Part shown: one piece after another, positions 52,937-64,000 of the stretch
How positions within the stretch are numbered: the first letter of the stretch is position 1
Layout of the letters: every line of letters starts with the position of its first letter
Source: Eledone cirrhosa
Lineage: Eukaryota
DNA length: 64,000 nt
NCBI GenBank assembly: GCA_964016885.1
Contig: OZ024740.1
Span: forward strand, 433,938,001-434,002,000
Reading direction: 5' to 3'
Position numbers and translations under genes: made by a program
Notes under the pieces: model-generated
What the model saw: the letters and a program-made list of their open reading frames with translations, nothing else
The model's database searches: none
Told to the model about the DNA's origin: nothing

Positions 52937-55900
52937 ATGGCTGATATAAGAGTTGGGTGTCTGCGAGTCCAGGATCAGCAGCGAGCGCCAACTGGCGCCT
53001 CTCTTCGACGACTTTGAGATCTTCGCATCTCTCTGTCAACCGGGGGGTGGGGGTGGAGTTGTCGTACTGCTGCGAAAACACCTGGGCCTCGCCATACAGA
53101 AGGTGCACCTGGACCCGGAGGGTCAACTGGTGGTTTTAGACATCGGCAGTAGTGAAAGTGGAGCCCTTAGACTAATTGCTGTGTACGCCCCTTTTTGGGC
53201 AGCGCGGCCGGACTACTTCCAACGTCTGGAAACTTTTCTGGGAACGTCCCGCTCCTTGCTTTTAGTGGGGGACTGGAATGGTATCCTGGATGCACGTTGG
53301 GACTATGTAGGAGCATGTGCCAATAGAGGGGGGTGTAAAAGCCTCAAAAGGTTAATCGGCCGATTTGACCTGGCCGATAGATATCGACTAGATTTTCCGA
53401 CTGTACCACTATGGACGTGGACCAATCGCAGCGGAACATCTAGGTCGTACCTAGATAGGGTTCTAGTTAGAAATAAAGATAGGGACATGTTAAGCTGTCC
53501 AAAATGTTCATGGTTACCTATTCAGATCACAAACTAGTGACCTGCATGGTCAACCTTGATAGAACCCATAGACAAGGACCCAGCTACTGGAAGCTGAACT
53601 TGTCGTTACCGACATGCAAAGCCTACAGTAGACGGATTAGCACGTTAGTTAAGCAGTGTTTGACAGGGGCAATTGTCAACAACAGGTAGTGGAGCTCTCT
53701 TAAGAGAGCAATTAGAATAGAATCGATAGGTTTTAGTCAGGAATTAGCAAGGGATAAGAACAAGACGGAAAGGGAATTAGTAGATAGAGTAGAAGAGGTG
53801 ATTAGGAGTGGCAATGTAGCCAGCGTGCTGGCATCAAGAATGGCCTTAGACCAGTTCTTTGAGGTGAAGCACGAGGGCTGCGTTGTCAGGAGTAAAATAC
53901 GTGCTCTGGGTAATGAGGGAGCCAAAGCTGTTAGCTGGGCCCGAGTGACAGAGGCAAAAAGTGGGAACAAGTCCACGATTCGGTCTTTGAAGGACCAGGA
54001 TGGGCGTGTGATCCTTGAACCTGGGCAGATGTGTGCGGCCTTTCAGCGGCACTTTGCACGACTGTTCGAGAGGGGCGGCCCGCCGGGTGAGACTATGGAT
54101 TTCAATCCATATCGACGGTCTGCCGCGCCTCTCGGACGCGGAGGCGAAGTCCTGCGAAAGGACGATTTCAGCTGCTGAGATAGGGGCGGCGCTGAGCCAA
54201 TGCGGCAAACGCAAATCCCCGGGTCTCGATGGTCTACCATACGAGCTATATGTAGCGATGCCGGACTTGTTCTCCGATATCCTCGAAGCGGTCTACTGCA
54301 ACTGGCAGCAGAACAGGAGAATTCCCAGTTCGGTGACCAAGGGCGTAGTTACACTGGTGAGGAAGGATGAGAACAAGGGGGATGACATAAGTAACTTCAG
54401 GCCCATAACTCTGCTAAATACAGAGTTAAAGATTTTGGCCAAGGAGTTAGCGAAGAGGTTGGCGCTTGTCGTCGGAAACCTGGTGGGAGAAGCGCAGACA
54501 TGCGCAATCCCGTCCAGGTCCATTCACGACAATCTCCACCTTATGCGATACATCATAGAGAGGGTAGGGAATGAACCCGGCTTTGGTGGGGCCCTGATCA
54601 ACTTGGATCAATCTAAAGCTTTCGATAGGGTTGACCATCGTTACCTGGATGCGGTGCCCGCGGCGGCAGGCTTCGGACCCGTTTTCAGGGGTTGGATTGC
54701 TGCGATGCACAGCAGCAACGTCTGCTCAAGGGTCAAGGTGAACGGCCACCTCTCGGAGCCGTTCCAAATCATGCGATCCATCCGACAGGGATGCCCTCTC
54801 TCCTCCCTTCTGTATGTGCTGGCTCTTGAGCCACTACTGCGGAAGTTGGAGCGGTTGCAGGGCATCCCTTTGGAACCGGGATTGCAGAAAGCAGCGTCGG
54901 CCTACGCCGATGACGTGACAGTAATGGTGTAGAAAACCTCGCAAATCGGTGAGTTCGGCACCTTACTGGAGGAATATGAAAGGTTTACAGGAGCCAAGCT
55001 GAACCGGGACAAGTCCGTCGGTTTGCAACTCGGAACATGGAGAGGCAAACCGATGCCCTCCAACGACGTCGTCGGACGCTGGACGGAGGGCCCGGTGAAG
55101 CTGCTTGGGGTCTGGTTCGGACCAGACCTCCAGGTGGAGAAAAACTGGAACGAGGTAACGGCCAGGGTGTTTGCACTCACCCAGAAGTGGGCCCAGTGCA
55201 AACTATCCCTGAAAGGTCGAGCGGAGGTGGCGAATACTTATATAGCATCCGTCATCTACTACCGCTTGACCGTCGTGCCTTGCCCAGTGAAAAGTCTCGC
55301 CAAAATGGAGTGCGCGCTGTTCCAATTTCTTTGGAACAAGCGGACCCCTTTGGTGAGGAGATCCATCTGCTGTCAACACCCTTCGTAAGGAGGGATGGGG
55401 ATGCCGTGGCTACAGATGCGTAAACATGCATTAAGGCTACGGCACCTCCAGGTATTCCTCACCGGTCAACCGGTGTGGGCCCCGTTTGTGAGGCGAACCT
55501 TTCCCAGACTCGTCTCGCTCACCGAGCTGCAATCCTGGGTCAAGCAAAGACCGAGAAAAGTGGGCGACTGGCACATTGAATGTGCCCAGACGCTCACGGC
55601 CCTCTGGAAAGTGGACCCGGCAATCAGTGGAGACTCCACCTCGACATTCTATAGAGGGTTGGTACGCAGCAGGTGCGACGATGCTCTCGGAGAAGCTCTA
55701 GGCATGGAGAAAGATGAACTGGCCAGTCTGTTCGGTAGGACGTTTGGCCCTGGACCGATGGACAACTTCCAAAAGTCCCTGGCCTGGCAGTGCTACCGAG
55801 GAGCTCTACCCATTTGAGACAAGCTCCACAGGCATGGGAGCCTGGGTAGGGATCCTTTGAATAAGATCTGTCCTAGATGCGTGCATGATGACGAAACCGT

Positions 55901-56285
55901 TGCGTACGCATTCGTACACTGCCCAGGCATTGCTGACTTGTGGGGCTATGTGGAACGACTACTGTCAAGGGTGGGACCAATCCGGTTGACCACCGAGTCC
56001 ATTGTCACGATCAAACCGCCTCCCCCTTTCAAAAACGAAGGAGAGGCGGTTTTTCTCTGTGTGATAGCGATGGCTAAAGAAGTTGTATGGTGGACGAGGC
56101 TGAAAGGGCTGAGGTCAGACACCTTTCTCTCCAGCCAACAACTGGTCCCATTTTTAAAATACCATTTTAAAAGAAGGATCAGAATGGAGAGAGAGGTGCT
56201 CTACCCCAGCAAGTTTTATGAAAGGTGGGTGAAAGTAGGGAGAATGGCCAGAGTGAATGGGTCTTCTCTCTATATCAGCCTGTAG
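52937..56285 (+). pseudogene. Tx1-like ORF2 (APE endonuclease, RT, CCHC knuckle), disrupted
   Basis: MADIRVGCL, AVYAP, VGDWN, SYLDR, SDH; PGLDGLPYE, FRPITLLN, DQSKAFDRVDH, RQGCPLS, YADD; CPRC-x8-(Y for H)-x4-C; several stops and frameshifts. Confidence 0.92.
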
Positions 56286-56869
56286 GTGAAAGAAGAGGAA
56301 AAAGAGGAGACGAGGGAAGCACCTACTCTTTGTGCTCCTGAGGAGAAGGGTTGCACATTTTTTCCGGGGTGTGTGCGACCCATGTTAATGCCCCCTCCCT
56401 ATTGAGGACTTCGTTTGTTGTTGTTATTTCATTGTTATATTTTTGTACTCGTTAATTATATGTAAACTTCCCCCCTTGTATCTGTCCCTACCTTTTGTGC
56501 CCTAGTGGCAAATAAAGAAACCACTCTATATATACTATTGTATTTTCACAGTAAAGGCTTTACCTCACATAATATCAAATCTATGAGATTTTGATATTAT
56601 TTATTTTGAGAACAATACCTTAACATCAGCATGAGTGGCCTGTTACAGCTGGTTTGAACAGAAAGAGGTGATAGAATTCTGGCCAGATATGGCCGGTTGA
56701 AATGCTAAAGGGTTAATATTTAATATGTTACAGCTATAGTGCTGTTTGGTACATTTCAAGAATGTCTTACTAATATATATATATATGTATATATATGTGT
56801 ATACATATATATATATTTGTGTGTATATACATATATCATCATCACTATATATCACTATGTGTATATACA

Positions 56870-57968
56870 TATATCATCATCACTATTTTCCATGCTAGCA
56901 TGGGTTAGACGAGTTGTCCTGTTGTGGGAAATGTCAGGTGAGGTGACCATGTCTAGATCATACAGAACTGATTCTGGCTTGATTTCTACATCTGGACGCC
57001 CTTCCTAACGCCAACCTTATTTACAGTGAATAATGGGTGCTTTTTGTTGTGACACCTACACGACCACTTTACAGTGTGGGCTGGGGCTTCACTGGATGAA
57101 TTTACTTTGCCCTGTCCTTATGGGGGTGTATGGGAGGGCCTTCCTGAGTCTCCCCACTCCAAGCCTTCCATTGACTTTGGGTGCTCTGCACATTTTTATG
57201 TAGCTGTCATCCTTCATACGCATCCCCCTCTCCATACCAACGCAATCTCCTCTCCTGCACGCTGCATCTGATTCCTCTTATGCCTAATTTATCTCTCAGT
57301 TCATTTATACTTCGCCGTTCCCGTATATTACTATTACACATCAATCGGAACATGCAAGCTTCGTTTCTTTCCAATCTAGACAAGTCTTCTGCACACAGCG
57401 CCCAGGTCTCACTGCCATGTAACATTGCTGTTCGTATGCACACATTATACAGTCAGCCTTTCATTCTGAGGGAGAAGCCTTTTGTACCCAGCAGTAATAG
57501 TAGCTCCCTGAACTTCTTTCATCCTGTTCTTACCCTGGTTACTGTACTTTCAGAACACCCACCACAGCTGTTAATTCAGTCACTTAACTAGCAGAAGCTG
57601 TCTACTGTTTCTACAGAGCCCTCCCAGAATCTGGTAGCACTTGTTTCCTGCGGTCGTTTGCTGCTTACTGTTCCAGTGCAACTGCTACATGTAAAACCTA
57701 CATTCTTAGCTAAACTTCCTGAGATCCCACTACATCTCTTGTGTACCCATAGTTTGCATATGGGGCAGAGGATGGAATTTCTACCTACACCTTTCCTACA
57801 TAATGAGCAAGGCCATTTCCCTGAAGGGATCTGGGTTCTGTTTTCTCTTCTACTTAGTCTTTATCAGGTTGACTTTGAGATCCCTTCTTTCTAGTCCCTG
57901 CTTCCATGTTTGGAATTTCTTCTCTAGTTCTACCATAGATTCAGCTATGAGTGTAAGATCATTCGCAT
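56870..57968 (-). mobile_element. Decayed 5'-truncated RTE LINE
   Basis: YANDL, GKWPCSLCRKGVGRNSILCPICKLWVHKRC, LHGSETWAL; internal deletions. Confidence 0.9.
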
Positions 57969-57987
57969 ATATATATATAATATGTCA

Positions 57988-58592
57988 GGTCACCAGTTGG
58001 TGCTACTGGTAACATGTATTCCAGTACAACCTGTCCCATGGTCGGGTCGTTGGTGACTAAACTGGCAACCCCACCAAGGTTTCTTGGTGAGGGGGGTGAC
58101 TTTGGACATCCTGCAGGACTAAAAACAAAACCTGTCAAAGGGCAAAGGAGCTCTTAATAGTCAATGGCCATCCAAAATCACTGGGAGAGATGACCCCTTA
58201 CCCTTTGTCAAGGCAGAATTCTAGGAGAAGGAAAACTCTGATATAACACCTGCAACCCTGATGGTATCCAATGATGTTGACTTGTTCTTCTTTTTGATAA
58301 ATATCATCTTGGTTAAGAGAGTGGGACTGGCTTTGTTCAGTGCCTTTGCTCACTATAAAAGCTTCACGGCACAGGCATTGCTTTATATCTGGAGATCTCT
58401 CTGCACTTGTGGTCACATGGTACCATGGGCCCAGCACTGTGTCAATAATTGTCACAAGTGTAGTGTTTGTACTAGAGTTTTCAAGTCGCTGGCTGGACTA
58501 AAAAGTCACACTCGTTCAGCACATCGGCAGGGGTTCTCCTACATGGATATAAAGTAGTGGCCGTACTCGAAAACGAGTTGGCAGCCACCATG
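57988..58592 (+). mobile_element. Bipartite non-autonomous RTE derivative (5' UTR joined to C2H2-containing 3' end)
   Basis: TCTAGGAGAAGGAAAACTCTGA 5'-UTR motif typical of RTE elements; HKCSVCTRVFKSLAGLKSHTRSAH finger; CTCG-AAAA-CGAG terminal hairpin; TATG tail. Confidence 0.6.
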
Positions 58593-58606
58593 TGTATATG
58601 TATGTA

Positions 58607-58639
<33 letters not shown>

Positions 58640-58640
<1 letters not shown>

Positions 58641-61580
58641 TCATCATCATCATCATCATCAACGTTTAACGTCCGTGTTCCACGCTTGCATGGGTTTGGA
58701 CGGGGGTTTTCCCACTTGAGGTAAGAGTGATTGTCTTGCTCGCATAGGACTGTCTGGCAGGTTTTCTACAGTTGGATGCCCTTCCTAACACCAACCACAT
58801 TTACAGTGCGGGTCTGGGAGGTTTTTACCGTGTTGCCTACAGGGCCACATTACAGCGTGGACTGTGTGTTTTTTTGTAGTGACACCTACACGATCTCATT
58901 TGTTTCGGCCTGGATGGTGTGGCACCAACATAACTTTACATAGAAGGGGGCGGTGTGGATGGGGTGGGGGTGGTGGGACGGGGGTGTATTTTGTTAGAGA
59001 TGCCTACTGACTGTAGTAGGTTTTACTATGTATTTAGGTAAGGCGGGTCTTCTCTATTACTGAGTACCGCCAAAGGTCTCGGTCCAGTGACATTGTCTTG
59101 GAGAGGTGTAAGTGTGTGAGGTCGGAGTTTATCAGCTCGTCCCAGATTTTTCTAGGTCTGCCTATTCCGTGGCTACCGTCTATCTTTATTGCCCTGCACT
59201 TTGTTATACAGCTATCGACTTTCATGCGCATCACGTGTCCATACCAACATAGCCTTCTCTCGAGTAAACAACATCTGATCCCTCTTATTTCTAATTTTTT
59301 CCTTAGTTCGTTTATGCTTTGCCGTTCACGTATATTACTATTACACATCCAGCGGAGCATGCAAGCTTCGTTCCTCTCTAGTCTGCGTATATCCTCTGCA
59401 CACAATGCCCAGGTCTCACTGCCATGCAACATTGCTGTTCGTATGCAGGCATCATAGAACCTGCCTTTCATTTTTAGGGAGAACCCTTTAGCGGCTAATA
59501 GTGGTATAAGCTCTCTGAACTTTTTCCATCCAGTTCTGACTCTAGCTACTGTACTTTCAGAGCACCCTCCCCCACTGCTGATTTTGTCACCCAGGTAACG
59601 GAAGCTGTCCACTATTTCTATAGAGCCCTCTGCGCAGTTGAAAGAGCTAGTATTTTGTGGGCACTTGCTGCTACTTATTGCACCAGAGCATCGGCCACAT
59701 GTGAAATCTATGTTCTTAGTTAGCTTACCTGTGATCCCACTACATCTTTTATGCACCCATACTTTGCATTTCTGACACAAAATGGAGTTTCTACCTACGC
59801 CTTTCCTACACACTGAGCATGGCCACTTCCCGGAAGGGACCGCCGCCTTATTTTCTTTCCTACAAACTAGAACTTTGGTCTTAGCCAGGTTAATTTTAAG
59901 GCCTTTTAATTCAAGGCCGTGCTTCCATGTTTGGAATTTCTTCTCTAGCTTGGCCATTGATTCAGCTATGAGTGTTAGGTCGTCTGCATATAGGAGTTCC
60001 CATGGGCAGCCGGTCTTGAACTCCTCTGTTATAGCCTGAAGGGCAATAATAAATAGTAGGGGGCTGAGAACAGAGCCCTGATGGACGCCAACTTTTACGC
60101 TAAACTCTTCACTATATTCGTTGTTAATTCTAACCTTGCTGACTGTTTCTTTATACATGGCTTGTATAGCTCTCACAAGCCATTCGTCGACACCTAGTTT
60201 TCTAAGAGCCCACCAGATAATGGAACGGGGGACTCTGTCGAAGGCTTTCTCCAAGTTGACAAAAGCTAAGTAAAGGGGTTTACTTTTAGCTAGGTACTTC
60301 TCCTGTAGTTGTCGTACAATGAAAAGAGCGTCTGTGGTACTTTTGCCTGACACAAACCCGAACTGCATTTCATCTAGGTCAATTCTCTCTCTGATTAGTT
60401 GCGCTATTACTTTTTCTGTGACCTTCATGACCTGGTCAATTAATTTAATGCCTCTATAGTTACTCCTATCTAGGGCATCTCCTTTACCCTTATAACAGTT
60501 AACGATGATGCTGCTACGCCAGTCCTTCGGAACAACCCCATTCTGTACAACTTGGTTAACTATCCGGGTGACCATGATGTGTCCCACCGTGCCAGATGCC
60601 TTCAGCATCTCAGCAACTATTTCCGAAGGCCCAGCTGCCTTACCCGTCTTCATATCCTTGATTGCCTTACTTATTATACTACCCTCGACTAACACTGCTG
60701 GTCCCTCTATTGGGTCGATGTGGGGGAGACTGTCTTTCTCCCATTTATTCTCCTCATTTAGTAGCCTTTCATAGTGACACTTCCAAGCTACCTTCTTATC
60801 AGCGTCGGTGATGGCAAGTATGCCGCCATCATTAAATACACACTTCTCCCCGACAATATCACGGTTTTCCTTGACACATTGCCTAGCAATCCTGAACACC
60901 TCACGTTTTTGGTCCTCGCGTTGTAGAACATGCTTGAACTTTCTTTCCTCTGCTTCCCTTCTTGCAAAGTACACTTGTCTCCTAGCTTCCCTCCTGGCCA
61001 CTTGATAGTCTTCTCTACTTCCCCCATCCCGCCATACTTTCCAAGCCTGCTTTTAGGCCTTAATTGACCCCTCCACCTTACTGTTCCACCACCATGTTAC
61101 TCTCCTCCTGCCTACAGGCCTGCTCCAGCCGCAGACTTCGTCTGCCGCCATCAGCAGGTTTGCTTTCAGGAATTCCCACTGTTCCTCTATATTGTACGAC
61201 TCTAAATGTTCTTCCTTACTGTCGAAAGCATCAAGTAATATGCTTTGAAATTTATTTCTGGCTGTGGGGTCCTTTAGCTTCCATATTTTTCTCCTGAGGA
61301 TAGTCCTCTTCAGTTGTCTAGTACGTCTCGTCCTGACTATTAGGTCGCTAATTATCAGTCTATGTTGGGAGGTGCATTTTTCATGGGGGAGGGATTTAGT
61401 GTTTACAACAGACACTCTGTCACGTCTTCTGGTAAGGATATAATCTACCTGGCTTGTGTGTTCCCCGGATCTATAGGTGATCAGGTGATTGTCACGTTTT
61501 TTGAAGTTAGTGTTACAGATAGTTAGGTTATTTGCGTCACAGAATTCCAGGATTCTGGAGCCTTCCTCATTTCTAGAGCA
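58640..61580 (-). mobile_element. 5'-truncated young RTE LINE
   Basis: Partial APE (ICNTNFKK, QVDYIL, SQHRLI), RT, UTR and (ATG)n tail. Confidence 0.95.
59034..61580 (-). pseudogene. RTE ORF (partial APE + RT + PHD-like finger), single frame with one premature stop at 61053-61055
   Basis: YKGKGD, NYRGIKL, QFGF, LEKAFDRVPR, GVHQGSVLSP, LLYADD; ORFs 61053..61415 and 59034..61001 are in the same frame. Confidence 0.93.
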
Positions 61581-61631
61581 CTAGATGTTTAGGTTCACTT
61601 CAGTGTTGAGGTGTAGAGTTACACAGTGTAT

Positions 61632-61784
61632 TATAGTGAAAAGATAACAAGGACGATTAGTTACTCCTTCGTTACGTTTACTGGTTGGTGACGCGCGTTT
61701 CGCCACTGATCACTGAAACGCGCGTCACCAACCAATAAATGTAATGAAGGAGTAACCAATCGTCCTTGTTATCTTTTCACTATA
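61632..61784. repeat. 70-bp inverted repeat with 13-bp spacer (Penelope-like terminal fragments)
   Basis: 61632-61701 pairs with 61715-61784; inner ends read GAAACGCGCGTC on each strand. Confidence 0.85.
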
Positions 61785-61955
61785 TATATATGTGTGTGTG
61801 TGCACGTAAGTGTGTAAGTGTGTGTGTAAGTGTATGTGTGTGGGTGTGTGTACTTCCATATTGTACCTATATACAGTAATGCTTTGTTTGTAAATTTGAT
61901 TTTGTATTGATAAAAAAAAAATATAAAACAATAGGTTTATTATGTGAATAAATAT

Positions 61956-62205
61956 ACACCATCACCACCATCATCATCATCATCATCATCACCACCACCA
62001 CAACACCACCACCACAACACCACCACCACAACCACCACCACTACCATCACTACCACCATCTCCACCACTACCATCACCACAACCATCCCCACCACCACCA
62101 CCATCTCCACCACTACCACCGCCACAACCATCCCCACCACCACCATCACCACAACCATCCCCACCACCACCATCATCACCATCACCACCACCACCACCAC
62201 CATCA
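61956..62205 (+). repeat. (CAC/CAT)n trinucleotide low-complexity repeat
   Basis: Direct inspection. Confidence 0.9.
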
Positions 62206-62532
62206 TAAAGATTTTATTGGAGCCATTCTACAGTTTTTTCTTTATTTCTAGTCATAATATGGAGAATAATGGATTTTTTCCCCATGTGCATGAGTGTGTA
62301 TATATACACACCACATGTACATATATACACCACATGCTCATACACACACCACAGATACATACACAGCACACACACCACATACACACATGCACCACATGCA
62401 CGACATGCACAAATCCACTGATAGCAAGAGACTGCTCCATTGTTGGTATTAGGCTTACATAACATAGCAGGGAATGGTTTATCACAGTTTTATGTTTGGG
62501 GGAATATTTTATTTCTGTTTACAAAAATTATT

Positions 62533-62722
62533 GGTAGATTGGCAGTATCGGCAGAGCATCAGACACCATGCTTTGCAGCATAGAGTTACAACCCTTTACG
62601 GTTTGAGTTCAAATCCCACCGAAGTTAACTTTGCCTTTCATCCTTACGGGGTCGATAAAATAAAGTACCAGTAATACAGTGGGTAATTGCTGGCCTTGTG
62701 CCAAAAGTAGAAACAATTATCA
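62533..62722 (+). mobile_element. Meta-type SINE
   Basis: A-box, B-box, conserved core and 3' end. Confidence 0.92.
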
Positions 62723-62734
62723 TCATATTCTTCA

Positions 62735-63058
62735 TTATCGTCTTCTTTGCCCACTTATTTCTGAGAGGGTCAAGGGGGCAGAGTCTTCAAACACTCTTCC
62801 TGTCAGAAGCAACCGTCTCCAACTGATCCAGCTGGATCCCCAAGCGTGACCAGCGAAGCTCATAGATATTATCCAAGCATCTTGCTCAGGGTCTACCCCT
62901 GCGTCTCATGCCAGTTGGTTTTGACCATAAAATCTGTCCAGCAATTTTTCCCCGAGACATTCTACCTACAGAGCTGTGATCTCTCAATTCAGAGAAGTAG
63001 TGGCTCTACCTGGAGTGACTCACTGATCTCTGAACTACATTATCTATCGAGTAACTCC
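62735..63058 (-). mobile_element. RTE-clade (second family) 3' fragment
   Basis: Similar to 34850-35215. Confidence 0.8.
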
Positions 63059-63233
63059 ATCATCTTCTCCTCATCCTCCTTATTCCTGAGAGGGTCATGG
63101 ACTAGGAACTCTTTCTATTAAAGTCAGATAAGCTAGAGTCGGAAACTGAAAAAAGAAACTTCTTTAGATGTGAGATCTGTCTTTCATTATCATGGCTGGA
63201 TCATTAAACCATTTATATAAATTATTAGGCCTC

Positions 63234-63420
63234 CATCATCATCATCATCATCATTTTACGTCCGCTTTTCCCTGCTTGCAAGGGTGGGACGGGTCCTATT
63301 CAGCACAGCATCACTCCACTTGTCACGGTCCTTCGTCATCTCCTCCGTGAGCTTCAGCCCATGTTTTTCATAGTCTTCCTCTACTATGTCTTCCTTCAAC
63401 TTGCCTCCATAGGTAAAAAT
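63234..63420 (-). mobile_element. RTE 3' end with (ATG)n tail
   Basis: GLKLTEEMTKDRDKWSDAVLNRTRPT. Confidence 0.7.
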
Positions 63421-63536
63421 ACAGTGCTGGGTAGGGGCATGACTTAACTGCTTGCCATAGATGCTATTTTCCCCAGTTACATCTCTGTTCACTAGATAAA
63501 CTACATTTAATACCTAAAACTTAATCCATACTTATA

Positions 63537-64000
63537 TTCATGGCTTGTGAAAGCGGTACAAGCCATGTATAGGGGAGCAGTGAGCAAAGTTAGGATTAGC
63601 AATGAGTATAGCGAGGAATTTAGCGTACAGGTTGGGGTCCACCAGGGCTCTGTTCTTAGCCCCCTCCTGTTCATCATAGTCCTGCAGGCAATAACGGAGG
63701 AGTTTAAGACCGGATGCCCATGGGAACTCCTGTATGCTGATGACCTCGCACTTATAGCTGAATCTATGGTAGAACTAGCGAAGAAATTCCAAACTTGGAA
63801 GCAGGGACTAGAAAGAAAGAGTCTCAAAGTCAACATGACAAAGACTAAGGTCCTTGTAAGTAGACGAGAAAACAGAACCCAGATCCCCTCAGGGAAATGG
63901 CCTTGCTCAGTATGTAGGAAAGGTGTAGGTAGGAACTCCATTCTCTGCCCCAAATGCAAACAATGGGTACACAAGAGATGTAGCGGGATCTCAGGAAGCT
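63537..64000 (+). mobile_element. RTE LINE RT fragment running off the window
   Basis: WLVKAVQAMY...VGVHQGSVLSPLLF...LLYADDL...GKWPCSVCRKGVGRNSILCPKCKQWVHKRC, open frame. Confidence 0.93.

Larger units (their letters stand above)
50936..56520 (+). mobile_element. Near full-length, decayed Tx1/L1-clade non-LTR retrotransposon
   Basis: 5' UTR, ORF1, APE-RT-zinc knuckle ORF2, and 3' UTR ending AATAAAGAAA; flanked on both sides by the same minisatellite. Confidence 0.92.

Noticed and set aside
58261-58557. Host C2H2 zinc-finger gene
   Set aside because: Single finger followed by an RTE-type 3' hairpin and tail; best explained as a retroelement C-terminus

Overview
AT-rich, repeat-saturated animal genomic DNA with no intact, recognisable host gene. 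The SINE, RTE and Tx1 families and the TA/AC microsatellites resemble cephalopod (Octopus-like) DNA; this is inferred from pattern recognition, not from a database search. About 40% of the window is tandem arrays: some 17 distinct minisatellites with 16-72 bp units, the largest a 9.5 kb 28-mer array with higher-order duplications. The rest is a nested set of non-LTR retrotransposons and small elements: a decayed CRE-clade element with an N-terminal PHD-like finger, a near full-length decayed Tx1/L1-clade element, a 5'-truncated but almost open RTE with a PHD finger after the RT, many RTE/CR1 fragments, about 11 copies or fragments of a tRNA-derived Meta-domain-type SINE, and hAT- and piggyBac-type MITEs with visible target-site duplications. 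Nearly all long ORFs in the track are artefacts of the arrays. The most notable observations are: (i) several minisatellites visibly seeded from transposon segments between short microhomologies; (ii) a phase-compatible chain of minus-strand exon-like islands whose splice donors lie inside minisatellite units; (iii) a 5'-inverted (twin-priming-like) CRE insertion inside a MITE; (iv) a bipartite RTE derivative whose 5' end can form an HDV-like double pseudoknot; (v) a 70-bp inverted repeat with Penelope-type hammerhead half-sites.
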